From Eledone cirrhosa (lineage: Eukaryota): a stretch of 64,000 nt of DNA. Shown piece after piece: positions 51,380 through 64,000 of the stretch; the first letter of the stretch is position 1, and each line of letters begins with the position of its first letter. The stretch spans positions 48,360,001-48,424,000 of the forward strand of contig OZ024751.1 in assembly GCA_964016885.1 (NCBI GenBank), given 5' to 3'. The translations under genes and the position numbers were made by a program. The notes beneath the pieces are model-generated. The model saw only the letters and a program-made list of their open reading frames with translations. It had not been told where the DNA came from and searched no databases.

Positions 51380-54300
51380 CTACAGAACAATGTAGAGAGA
51401 AGGCCCATTTACACGGGCCATTCTCGCTTCTTTCACCCACCTTTCATAAAACTGTCTGGGACCAAGCACTTCTCTCTCCATCCTGATTCTTCTTCCGAAG
51501 TGGTATCGGAAGAAGTAAACCAGGTGATGGCCGGAGAGAAAGTCACCCGACCTCAGACCTTTCAGGCGCGTCCACCACACAACCTCTTTCATCATGGCTA
51601 TTACGCACAGAAAGACCGCCTCTGCTTCATTTCTGAAGGGAGGAGGCGGCTTGATGTTCACCACAGACTCGGCGGTTAATCGAATCGGCGCCACACGCGA
51701 CAGCAGTCGTTCGACGTAGCCCCACAGATCGGCAACGCCCGGGCAGTGTACCAGTGCATGCGCAACGGTTTCCTCGTCGCGCACGCATCTGGGACAGATC
51801 TTTTTCGCGCGATCCCTGCCCGGGCGCCCGTGTCTGTAGAGCTTTTCTCGAACGGGCAGAGCCCCCCGGTAACACTGCCAGGCTAGGGACCTCTGGAAGT
51901 TGTCCATGGGTCCCGGGCCGAAAGTTCTACCGAACAGGCTGGCCAGTTCGTCCTCCTCCATGCCTAGCGACTCTCCAAGGGTGTCGTCGCCCCTGCTAGC
52001 CACCAACCCTCTATAGAATGTCGAGGTGGATTCTCCACTGACAGTCGGGTCCGCTTGCCAGATAGCCGTGAGCAGCTGGGCACACTCGGTGTGCCAGTTG
52101 CCCAGTTTTCTCGGTCTTTGCTTCACCCAGGATTGCAGTTCGGTGAGCGAGACGAGCTGTGGGAAGGCTCGCCTCACAAACGGGGCCCACACCGGCTGAC
52201 CGTTGAGGAATACCTGTAGATGCCGTAGCCTCAATGCGTGCCTACGCATCAACAGCCACGGCATACCCAGCCCTCCTTTCGAAGGGTGCTGGCAGCAGAT
52301 GGATCTCCTCACCATGGGAGGCCGCTTCTTCCAGAGGAACTGGAAGAGCATGCGTTCCATGATGGTGAGCTTTTCCTTGGGGCAAGGCACGACGGTCAGG
52401 CGGTAGTAGATGACGGACGCTATGTAAGCGTTCGTCACCTCCGCCCGACCTTTCAGTGATAGTTTGCACTTGGCCCACTTCTGGGTCAGCGCAAACACCC
52501 TGCTCGTCACCTCGCCCCAATTCTTCTCCACCTGGAGGTCCGGTCCGAACCAGACCCCGAGCAGCTTCACCGGGCCCTCCGTCCACCGCCCGACGACACC
52601 GTCTAACGGCATCGGTTTGCCCCTCCACGTTCCGAGTTGCAAACCGACTGACTTGTCCTGGTTCAGCTTAGCCCCCGTCAGCCTTTCGTATTCCTCCAGT
52701 AGGGTGGCGATCGCCCCGATTTCCGAGGCGTCCGCCACCATTACTGTTACGTCGTCGGCATAGGCCGAGACCGCTTTGTGCAATCCCGGTTCCAGGGGTA
52801 TGCCCCGCAGCAACTCCAACTTCCGCAGCAGTGGCTCGAGAGTCAATACGTACAGAAGGGAGGAGAGGGGGCACCCCTGTCTGATGGATCGGGTGATTTG
52901 AAACGGCTCCGAGAGGTAGCCGTTTACTTTAATCCTAGAGTAGATGTTGCCACTGTGCATGGCAGAAATCCAGCCCCTGAAAACGGGTCCGAAGCCCGCC
53001 GCCGCTAGCACCGCATCCAGGTAACCATGGTCGACCCTATCGAACGCCTTAGATTGATCCAAGTTGATCAGGGCCCCACCAAAGCCGGGTTCGTAGTCAA
53101 CCCTCTCTATGATGTATCGCATGAGGTGGAGGTTGTCGTGAATGGACCTGGACGGGATAGCGCATGTCTGCGCGTCTCCCACCAAACCACCCACCACAAG
53201 CGCCAACCTCTTCGCCAACACCTTGGCCAAAATCTGTAACTCTGCATTCAGCAGAGTTATGGGCCTAAAGTTACTTAAGTCGTCCCCCTTGCTCTCGTCC
53301 TTCCTCACTAGCGTGACCACGCCCTTGGTCACAGAACAGGGAATTCTCCCGTTCTGTTGCCAGTTGCAATAGACAGCCTCGAGGAGTTCGGAGAACAAGA
53401 CCGGCATAGCTAAATAAAGTTCGTATGGTAGACCATCGAGACCCGGGGATTTGCGTCTGCTGCATTGGCTGAGCGCTTCCCCGATTTCAGTGGCTGTGAT
53501 TGGCCTTTCGCAGCACTCCGCTTCGCCGCTCGAAAGACGCCGTAGACCGTCGAGGTATGGACCGAAGTCCACATCCCCGTCCGGCCCCCCGCCACCTCCG
53601 AACAGTCGAGCAAAGTGCCTTTGAAAGGTCTCGCACATTCGCTCAGGTTCAAGGATCACCCGTCCATCCTGGTCTCGCAAAGACCGAATGGTGGATTTAA
53701 TCCCACTCTTGGCTTCTGTCACGCGGGCCCAGCTAACAGCTTTGGTCCCCTCGTTTCCTAAAGCACGTATTTTACTTCGGACAACGCAGACTTCGTGCTT
53801 CGCGTCAAAGAACTGGCTCAATGCCGTTCTCGTCGCTAACACTCTGGCTACGTCTCCGCTCCTAATCGCCTCTTCTAGTTTATCTGTTAACTCCCTTTCC
53901 TTCCTATTTCTATTCGCCGCTAGTTCCTTACTGTAACCTATCGAACTTACTCTAATCTCTCTCTTTAGAGATACCCACCACGATCGCTCCCGTCAACCGC
54001 ATCTTAACTAAGCTACTAATCCGGTTTCTGTAATCTTTCTTTGTCGGTAAGGACAAGTTCATCTTCCAGTAACCGGGACCCTGTCTATGCGTTCTATCAA
54101 GGTTGACCACGCAGGTCACTAATTTGTGATCTGAATAGCCAACCATGATCAATTCTGGACAACTAAATACGTCCCTATCCTTACTCCTAACCAAAAACCT
54201 ATCTAGGTACGATCTAGATTGTCCACTGCGGTTTGCCCAGGTCCAGGTTGGCGCAGTTGGACAATTCTAGTCGAAATCTATCGACCAGGTCGAATCGATC

Positions 54301-54800
54301 GAGTAACCCCTTGAGGCTGCTACACCCCCCTCTATCGGGACATGCCCCTGCATAGTCCCAACGCGCATCTAGGATTCCATTCCAGTCCCCCACTAAAAGC
54401 AGGGAACGCGACGTTCCTAGAAAAGTCTCCAGACGCTGGAAGAAGTCGGCTCTTTCCGCCCCGAAGGGAGCATAAAGACCGACCAGTCTGAAAGCCCCGC
54501 CATCACCGCCTCCGACGTCCAGCACCAGTAATCGACCCCCCGGGTCCGAAGTGAACAATCTGTACGTCGAGAGTCAGACGTTTATCCAGCAGTACGGCAA
54601 CTCCCCCCCCCGCCTCCGGGTTGACAGAGAGATGCGTGCATCTCAAAGTCATCGAAGGCGGGCGCCAGCTGTCTCACGCTGCTGATCCGACTCTCGCAAA
54701 CAACCATCACATCTATACTTTGTGACCTGAGGTCACTTAGAAGCTTTGCTTGCTTCCAAGCTGAGCCCAGGCCACGCGCGTTCAAACAGCCAACTCTCAA
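51380..54800 (-). pseudogene. Tx1 ORF2: APE domain frameshifted, RT + zinc finger open (51380-53842)
   Basis: LNARGL, GDWN, SDHK in fragments; SPGLDGL, FRPITLLN, QGCPLS, YADD, CPRC..HALVHC; paralogous to 15611-19025. Confidence 0.9.
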
Positions 54801-54805
54801 TTGAT

Positions 54806-56665
54806 CTATTTTGGTGTTGAAAGTGAAGAAAGAAAAGCACTTACCTCTCCGGGTTGCGTAATTTCCATGGCATCAGGTGTGTTGGGTGGAGGGATGTTTT
54901 GTGGTGGTGTGGGGGTACACGTGTGTGGTGGGGTTGGGGTATTTGGAGTTGTGTCAGGGAGAGGGGCGGTTATGGGGAAATCTTTCAAGAGGACGCGATT
55001 CAACGGTTTTAAACAGGGGGGGCTCACGTCCCGTCTAAATTGTTCTTTTAAGGAACGATAAAGGTCCAGAGGGACCTTTATCATTTTTAAATGGGTGAAG
55101 TTCTCTGTTGAGATAAAGTTTGGCCCTTCGGTCTGCACCATAGGGTTATTGTTTATTAATTTAACCAGTTTTTTGTTTTCTTTATTTATATATGTGTATT
55201 GCAACGTCTTTTTTTGTGATGCTGTCAATGTTTCGGAGAGGGGAGGCGCAGATTTATTTTTGTTTGTTGAGGGTGGGGTGTTTTTGATTGGAGTTGGTGT
55301 TTGTGTGTGGGTTATTTGTGGTGTGCTGGGTGTGTGTTTTCTTTTTTTTCTTTTAACTTGTCTGAAGGCTTCTCCTCCTTCTTCTTCAGAAGTTGGGGGA
55401 AACTCTTCAGCGCTAGGTGGGAGGGACGTGTTGTGTGGTTGTTTTTTTTTTGCGGGAGGGGTAGATTTGTTACTGTTTTTTTTATTATTTGTTTGGAATG
55501 GGTTTTGTGGTGGTGGTGGTAATGTTTGTGTCGTGCTTGTGGTTGGTGATGGTGGTGGTGATGTTTGTGTTGTGGTTGGTGGTGGTGATTTTTGTGTCGT
55601 GCTTGTGTTTGGTGCTGGTGGTGGTGATGTTTGTGTTGTGTTTGTGGTTGGTGGTGTCTGTATTTTGTTTGCTGTGTGTGGTATTAGTGTATTTTTGGAG
55701 GTGGGTGGTGTTGGTGTACTGTTTGTGGTGGGTGTGGGCAATAGTCCTTTTTGGGGGATACGTTTCGGGCAGTTAGCCTTAACGTGTCCCCTTTCCATGC
55801 ATAAATAGCATGCTGGTCTTCTCCCCTCTACAATTATGTCTATTGGGGTAAGGTCATCCAGCCAGATGCGATCCGGGATTTGTGCTATTCTTTCGGGCCT
55901 CATTTGGACTAGTATGTCGAGGCCCATTCCCAGGAACGCATCTCCAGTTGCCTTCCCCATTGACAGCATTGTGTCTTCGCCCATATCAATGAAGCCAGCA
56001 ATAGCCCACCAGAAGTCCATTGTGGGCAGCATTGTTTTTACTTTTACTCTCTGTGTTCTTCTACCCATGTAGGAGGGATAGAAGCTATATGTTGTCGATG
56101 AGAGTGGGCTTAGGGAAAGCTTCTCCGCCGTTTCTTTGTCTCTTGTTAGGACCGAAATGCTGCCATAGAGTCGGTCCTTTCGTATGAAGAGAATATTCTT
56201 CATATAGTCTTTTAGGACTAACTCTATTTCCATTTGGCTGGGCTGTGCTGGCTTTCTTGTCTGGTTCAGTATAGTTCTGTAGAGAACTGTGTTTTCTGCT
56301 CTGGCTTTCTTGAATTCTGGGGGGGAGTTAATGGAAAACATTCCGTTCTCCCCCAAAACAATGTGTTTCTTTGCTTCGGCCAGTTTTTCTCTGGCGGCAG
56401 TTAGGTCAATTGGTGTGTATGTAATGGATTGTTTTGTTTTCTGGGCGAAAGTTGCCCTGTCGTTATTTGTATTATTTTCTGTTTGTTTGTTTTCTGTTTG
56501 CTCATTTTCCTTAACATTTGTTTTTTCATTTTGTTTGTTTGTTTCAATGTCTAATTTTGTTGTAATTATTTTTTGTTCTTCAGACTTGGGGGGCGTGGCA
56601 GAGCTAATGGCAGACATGTCTGCCATCTTTTCCGCCATGCTGCCAAGAAAGAAATTTTTCGGCAA
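54806..56665 (-). CDS. Tx1 ORF1 protein (gag-like, CCHC knuckle, Pro/Thr-rich linker); likely start at the MAEK or MADM ATG
   Basis: VEGRRPACYLCMERGHVKANC; uninterrupted ~610 aa; homologous to T1 ORF1. Confidence 0.8.
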   Translation of the reverse strand: MPKNFFLGSMAEKMADMSAISSATPPKSEEQKIITTKLDIETNKQNEKTNVKENEQTENKQTENNTNNDRATFAQKTKQSITYTPIDLTAAREKLAEAKKHIVLGENGMFSINSPPEFKKARAENTVLYRTILNQTRKPAQPSQMEIELVLKDYMKNILFIRKDRLYGSISVLTRDKETAEKLSLSPLSSTTYSFYPSYMGRRTQRVKVKTMLPTMDFWWAIAGFIDMGEDTMLSMGKATGDAFLGMGLDILVQMRPERIAQIPDRIWLDDLTPIDIIVEGRRPACYLCMERGHVKANCPKRIPQKGLLPTPTTNSTPTPPTSKNTLIPHTANKIQTPPTTNTTQTSPPPAPNTSTTQKSPPPTTTQTSPPPSPTTSTTQTLPPPPQNPFQTNNKKNSNKSTPPAKKKQPHNTSLPPSAEEFPPTSEEEGGEAFRQVKRKKRKHTPSTPQITHTQTPTPIKNTPPSTNKNKSAPPLSETLTASQKKTLQYTYINKENKKLVKLINNNPMVQTEGPNFISTENFTHLKMIKVPLDLYRSLKEQFRRDVSPPCLKPLNRVLLKDFPITAPLPDTTPNTPTPPHTCTPTPPQNIPPPNTPDAMEITQPGEVSAFLSSLSTPK

Positions 56666-56839
56666 AAATAGATATTTATTTTACCCCCTAAAAAGGGGGT
56701 AAATGCAAAAATGTTTCCCTAAATAACAGGGGTTAGTGTTCCAAATGTGTTGCACTAAAAAATTTATCCGGTACTTACAATAGTAAGGGTAAATCCCGAT
56801 GGAATAGCGGAGCCGATGCGAAGCGTGTCTTACTCTATC

Positions 56840-56871
<32 letters not shown>

Positions 56872-57587
56872 GACTCACGCACACATATATCTACTGTTCT
56901 ATGTCTACTGTTTTATTTCGTTTTTAATTTTAAAACAATTTTAGAGGAGAAAATATCTACAATGACACAGACTGACAGACATTCTGACTTACAGACTGAC
57001 ACCTAGGAAAAACCGATATACAGCCGCCAGCCAGCCAGACAGACCGACAATCATACAGACACAACGTATCTATCGCTGACAAACATATATCTATGTATAC
57101 GTATATTGAACTGTGGTTTATGCACAGTGGAGTACGAAAGGCACATTTGAGACTTGAACAAATCAATGAGTAAGTTACACGGTATTCGTCTATACAGTTT
57201 TGTCTATACAGTTTTGTGAGTTTTTTAAGGGCTGTCGCCATATTTAGTTTCCCGTGTAATATTTATACAATGGTCATAGTTAAAAGTACATCGAGCTTAA
57301 AATAGTCTAAAAATAATACGCATAAAAACAAAGACAGAGAGAGTGAAGGAGAGAGTGAGGAAGAATGAGTGAGAGAGAGAGAGAGAGGGAGAGAGAGAGA
57401 GAGAGAGAGAGAGTGATGAGGTAAGTAGACATGGTTCAGTTAATAGCGCATATATATATATATATATATATATATGCATATATGTATATATATATGCATA
57501 TATGTATATACATATATACATATATACATATATATATAAATATATATACATACATATATATATACATACATATACACACACATATAT

Positions 57588-57687
<100 letters not shown>

Positions 57688-57722
57688 TTATATATATATG
57701 TATATATATGTGTGTGTATATG

Positions 57723-57771
<49 letters not shown>

Positions 57772-57784
57772 CTTCGTTTATTAC

Positions 57785-57835
57785 TGCTATATATATTTCT
57801 GTGACAGCCATCTTTGGCTGTGACCTCTTCAGGCA
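57785..57835 (-). ncRNA. Minimal hammerhead ribozyme
   Basis: ugc-CUGAAGA-ggucacagcca aaga uggcugucaca-GAAA-uauaua-UA-gca, then AATAAA and (TA)n. Confidence 0.72.
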
Positions 57836-57943
57836 TATTTAACTTTATTTTATACTACTCCGGAGTAACCAAACCAACCTGCGCACTTCGTCGAGTGCTC
57901 AAGCCTGCATACTGAGGTGTTGGTATACAACCAACATAAACTC

Positions 57944-58021
<78 letters not shown>

Positions 58022-58027
<6 letters not shown>

Positions 58028-58193
58028 AATTCTTTTTTAACGAAATTCACGGGGTATAAAAATGTATTAGTTGTAATGAAAAACTCTGTATAACGAGATC
58101 AACCTAACACATCCAGCGTGTGGCCGGGCATCGAAAAGAATACGTTAAACTGAAAAATTCGTTATAATGGTATTCGTTATAACGTAATTTTAC

Positions 58194-58197
<4 letters not shown>
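58022..58197. mobile_element. pogo/Tigger-like MITE in (TA)n
   Basis: Right end reverse complement caggtaaaattacgttataacgaa; degenerate left end tagtgaaattcttttttaacgaa; internal ttataacg repeats. Confidence 0.55.
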
Positions 58198-58279
<82 letters not shown>

Positions 58280-58767
58280 GTATATATATATATCTCAATA
58301 TATATATATATACATATATATATATTTAATTAGAAAGTGAACAACAGAAAATATAACACACACACACACACACACATATATATATGGTGGAAATGATGGT
58401 GTTGGGGGCGAGGATAGCGTTGGTGGAAGTGATGGTAGATACTATTTTGATGGTAGTGGTGAGTATGGTGGTGGTGATGGAGGATATGGTGAAAATGATG
58501 GCGACGATGGTGGTATAGCAAGTGGGTAACAGGTAGTGGTAATATCGTAAAGATAAGTATGTTAATGGCTAAAGTGATAAGAAATGAAATGGAAATATAC
58601 GACGTCATAAAATATACGACATCGTAAAATTCGCCATTAAGAAGAGCGAGACAGAATGATTATATCAGTCATATATTTTGATAATGATGTACTCACTGGA
58701 ACAGCTGTTATATCAGTGATATCGATATATAGATACGCAAAAGAGAATATAGAAAGATAGATAGAGC

Positions 58768-59260
58768 AAATGTTGTTTAGCCCTAGGTCAGACCTCATCC
58801 AACAGATGTATGGTCAATCACATTCCATCTATGAATATCATATATCTTCTCTGTGTTCAGGGAATACAGGATCACTTTATCTAACGTGTCCTTATCTGAG
58901 ACTGCGTGGAGTGATTATTTCTTTGAGTTCTTTGTCAGAGAATGGAGGACACGTGCCTGTTTTCTGTTAAAGGTTTCCAAGACTGGTTGGAAACAAAAAA
59001 GAGAACGATAAAAATCTGTCACAAGTCTGAAGGCTTATTAAAATCGAACTTATCCGGATTTCATTAGCGTTCAGATATCCTCTCAGAGAAGTCAGCAGTC
59101 AATTGGAAGGTTAGCCTCCAGTTGCAGCTAGTACATATTTTTATCTGTGTTGATCGGAGCAACGTGAAATAAAGTGATTTTCTCAAGAAAACAACGCGCC
59201 ACCTGGTCCAGGTGTGAAGCTACGGTGTTACAACCTTAAGCCCCAAATTACAATCACTAG
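58768..59260 (-). mobile_element. SINE S2 (CORE-like), diverged
   Basis: ggagcaacgtgaaataaagtg..tctcaagaaaacaacgc is the reverse complement of the 4985-5030 motif; ends in gacctagggctaaacaac on minus. Confidence 0.6.
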
Positions 59261-59583
59261 AAGAAAAGGCAGAAGTTATCCTCAAACAGGAAATGTAGCT
59301 CAAATGCTGGTACTACAATGAACCCCGCGAAAGAAACTAAAGTACATGGAGATTATGTTAAACTAAACGTCATATTAAGTCTATCGGTCAAAAACCCGAA
59401 ATATAAAAGCCTCTCATTATTTTTTCTGGTGGATTGGCAGTATCGATAGAGGGTCCAACGTCATGCTTTGCGGCATAGAGTTACGGCCCTTTAGGTTCTC
59501 GAAGTTATCCAAATTAAAACTACAAGGGAACGGAAAAAGATGGTGTTCTTGAAGCCTTCACCCGTTCTCTTATTATGAAAGAA

Positions 59584-59658
59584 GCCGTCTGATGAGGTCA
59601 TGGTACTGGTGAGGCGGAATCGGATGGCCACTGTCGTCATTGAAATATGTATCACAGC
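59584..59658 (+). ncRNA. Degenerate hammerhead ribozyme
   Basis: gccgu-CUGAUGA-(imperfect 46-nt stem II)-GAAA-uaugua-UC-acagc, then AATAAA. Confidence 0.55.
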
Positions 59659-59784
59659 CTTATCAATAAAGTACTTTAATATCTGAACTACTCCGCATTT
59701 TGTTAAATATACTCCGTCATTCCTATGTGGAAAAATTACGTAGACTGATTGAATTGAATTGCATCAATGTTTACCGTAAGTATA

Positions 59785-59849
<65 letters not shown>

Positions 59850-59853
<4 letters not shown>

Positions 59854-60059
59854 AATTATGACCCCGACGGCAGAGCTCAAGCCGTTTCGACGGCTATTTC
59901 TGGACTGAATGGTGTTCTTGAAGTCCAGAAATAGCCGTCCAAACGGCTTGAGCTCTGCCGTCGGGGTCATACTTTCTCCTATTACCCACACTAATACCTT
60001 AAGTATTGACTACTCTGGTGCGTTATGGTCCATCTGGTTCCTTACCACAACTCCTTCGT

Positions 60060-60060
<1 letters not shown>
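59850..60060 (+). mobile_element. H1 fold-back element with 15-nt loop
   Basis: ctggact-gaatggtgttcttga-agtccag centre; tail present; (TA)n flanks. Confidence 0.8.
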
Positions 60061-60138
<78 letters not shown>

Positions 60139-60242
60139 TAAAGAGTTAAACAAGAATCAATGAGTATATCAAAGAATGAGTTTTACAGTAGATATATATG
60201 AACTGTTATTGATATATATATATATATATGTATGTATATATA

Positions 60243-60295
<53 letters not shown>

Positions 60296-60311
60296 CAGAA
60301 CATTTTTATAT

Positions 60312-60410
<99 letters not shown>

Positions 60411-61655
60411 AACAGTTCAGTATATTCTACCTCTTAATGTTTCAACTTCAACTTCAACTTTTACCTATCATGCAGCACACCAGCAATTAAGTAAGAGAAC
60501 ATTTAAAACCTCTAACCTCGAACCAGACACTGACAAGAAAGAATAAAATACACAAGTAACCAAAACCCAATACAAAATAAACTGCAACAAAAAGGACCAC
60601 AAATGGCGTTTATGTTTAGTTTGATTTCTTTCTTTCGTGACTATTTTTGATTAAGAACAAACAATATATTAAATGTTATAAAATAAGACAAAAAAAAAAG
60701 GGATAAATGTCATGATTAAATGTAAATAATATTAAATATGGTGGAAATTTTGGGTAAAAAAAGCGACAGAGATTGTCTTCTTCTCTTTCCCTTCCATCCC
60801 CCTTTCTCTTCTTTTTCTCACATCTCTCTCTCTCTCTCTCTCTGTCTTTCTGTCTTTGTTTCTCTCTCTCTGTTGACCACTATCTCTATAGCTCTCTCTC
60901 TCTATCTCTCTCTCTCTCTTTCTCTCTCTCTTATTCTCTTTCTCTGTCTATCATTCTCACTCCTCCTCACTCCGTTGCTCACACTAACATTCTGTCTACG
61001 AGACTCTCTTTTTCGTTCTCTCCCCCTCACTCTCTCATGCTCTCTCTTTCTATATCTATCTCTCTTTCTCCCCCTCTCCCTGCCTTTCTCTCTCTAAATA
61101 ATCACTAACTTAATGTCTTTCACGATAAAAAATACAAAAAAAAAAACATCACCAGCAACAAATATTAAACAAATCAATCAATCAAACAAACAAACAAACA
61201 AACAAACAAACAAAGACATAAACCCACAAGAAAACAAATAAAATCACAAATAAAAATATATATTTATATAAAAAAAGAGAGAAATGTGAATCTATAACTC
61301 TCATACTGTAATGGAACACACAAAAGATTTACTGGGGTTTAGAAGGTAATAATTAATGAATTGAAAGTTGATAATATCTTACTGGCTTACAATACATTGC
61401 TTTGTTCAACCCCAAATCCCAATAGTCAATACGACTGGAAGATGAAAAGCAAGGCTAAAATCTTTTTGTCAAATTTTATGGCATATTAAGGAGATTATGA
61501 AAAAAAAAAAAAATGAAAGAATAAAAATGAAAAAATAATATATTACATAAAAACTAAATAAATAACAAAAAACAACAACAGCAACTACTATAACAACAAC
61601 TACAACAACAATAATAACGATAATAACGATAAGAATTATGAGGATGATGATAATT

Positions 61656-61692
<37 letters not shown>

Positions 61693-61858
61693 GAGTAGTA
61701 GTAGTAGTTGTAGTGCTAGTAGTAACAATAGTAGCAATAATAATACCATCAACGTTGTAGATGATGTTGATGTTAATGATGATGATGATGATATCAATAA
61801 TAATAATGGTAATGATAATAAATATAAACATAGTGATGATTTATTCATTCAACATTAA

Positions 61859-61904
<46 letters not shown>

Positions 61905-61912
61905 TATTATAT

Positions 61913-62463
<551 letters not shown>

Positions 62464-62485
62464 CAGGTAAATATATATATATTTA

Positions 62486-62551
<66 letters not shown>

Positions 62552-62829
62552 CATATATATATATAATTTAGTCCAGAAATAGCTGTCGAAACGGCTTGAG
62601 CTCTGCCGTAGGGATTATTGACGCTTTTCCTACATATATGTATATATGCATTAATATTTTTTTAATATCTATTAATGTTTTCTTTATATTTTTCTTCTTT
62701 CTCATCATATTCACAATAATAATAATAATAAAAATATCATATTGATTAAACATAATATAAAAATAATAAAATAAAATAAACATAACATAATAACAATCAT
62801 AAATATCATCATTATTATTATAGGCTAGC

Positions 62830-63425
62830 TAACTTGAGGAGAGGGGTGCTCTCCATGGGTGCCCTAGAAGCGCAGGGTTGTTCAGGATTGGTGGGGTACC
62901 CGAGTCACCCCAGGGTCGTCCACCCCCTATCGGGGAATTTATTTTGTTATATTTATGCATAGTTTATTTTATATTTTTATATCTTCATTGTCAAATTAGT
63001 CTTGCCATTGTGCACTTTTACTCGACCTTATTGTAAACCCCCACTGTCCCTGTCTTTGTATTGTCCCTTACATGTCGGCCCTTGTGGTTAATAAATATCA
63101 TCATTATGAAAGATCGGTGAGAGAGGCAAGAATGGCCCGAGTGAATGGGCCTACACTGAGTATGTGTCTGTAAATTAAAGGTGGAAAACTGGGAGAGGGC
63201 ACTTGCCCTGGTGGTCAGGGTCACTGTGGCTTTTAATGGGCTTTCTCCACGAATGTCCCTCGGAAGTCTCCCCCCTATTGGGGAATTTTTCATTGCTATT
63301 TTTTTTATTACATCCTTTGTTTTTTGTTTTTTACACACAGAAATGCTCATTTGTACCGTCCTGTATTGTCCTGTACTGTCCTTAATGTCTACTTTATGTA
63401 AACCCTTGTGGTTAATAAAGAAAGC
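62830..63425 (+). mobile_element. Two stacked 3'-end fragments of Tx1-like LINEs
   Basis: 63105-63425 aligns to 18958-19268 and ends in (TTA)n; 62830-63095 ends with the same cccttgtggttaataaa. Confidence 0.8.
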
Positions 63426-63713
63426 ATTATTATTATTGTTATTGTTAATATTATTATTATATTTGTTATTATTTTATTATATGAAATGAAGGTAAATATT
63501 ATTGGGAATAAAGAAAACGAAACTACAACAAACACACACAAAATTATACTACTAATATATACCTAAAAATAAATATTGTGACTATTAGTTCATATATACT
63601 ACTATTAATAAAATATAATTTATTGTTTTACTAATACTGTCATCATACCTATGACTTCTACTATCTGTACATATACCACACATGAAAATATCTATTGTCA
63701 TACCGATACTGTT

Positions 63714-63806
<93 letters not shown>

Positions 63807-63811
63807 TTTAT

Positions 63812-64000
63812 CCTTTAGTATTTACACTACTCTATATATACTATTGTATTTTCACAGTAAACACTTTATCTCACATAATATCGAATTTATGAGATTTTGA
63901 TATTATTTATTTTGAGGACAATACCTTAACATAAGTATGAGTGGCCGGTTACAGCCAGTTTGAACAGAAAGAAGTGAGAGAGTTCTGGCCGGGGTACAGC
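63812..64000. mobile_element. Second copy of the piggyBac-type MITE, running off the window
   Basis: Matches 22057-22255 (gagattttgatattatttattttgag..ttacagccagtttgaacagaaaga). Confidence 0.8.

Larger units (their letters stand above)
51150..56670 (-). mobile_element. Tx1/L1-clade LINE (family T2), full length, inserted in (GATA)n
   Basis: ORF1 + ORF2; (ATCT)n after the 3' end and atatctat before the 5' end on the minus strand. Confidence 0.88.

Noticed and set aside
57129-57170. 42-nt plus-strand micro-exon (cag|tggagt...aatga|gtaagt)
   Set aside because: Weak polypyrimidine tract and no supporting neighbouring exons

Overview
Eukaryotic, AT-rich, microsatellite-saturated non-genic or intronic DNA. 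The SINE repertoire suggests a cephalopod/octopus genome (inference). Most long ORFs in the track are microsatellite artefacts. The real coding content is non-LTR retrotransposons: an intact R4/Dong-clade element (1130-aa RT+RLE ORF), two degenerating full-length Tx1/L1-clade elements, a 5'-inverted RTE, truncated R4-like copies and Penelope-like (PLE) remnants. There are also about a dozen SINEs and three MITE copies (two piggyBac-type, one pogo/Tigger-type). The ORF track misses the most striking signal: about 15 type I hammerhead ribozyme (HHR) motifs in small non-coding elements, nearly all in or next to (TA)n tracts. They occur as fold-back palindromes with a 3' tail, or as head-to-tail, terminally redundant monomers (464 nt at 45947-46933; ~318 nt at 40885-41226). 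The latter look like retrozyme-type elements copied from circular RNAs, probably using PLE machinery. All folding and alignment was done by eye and needs computational confirmation.
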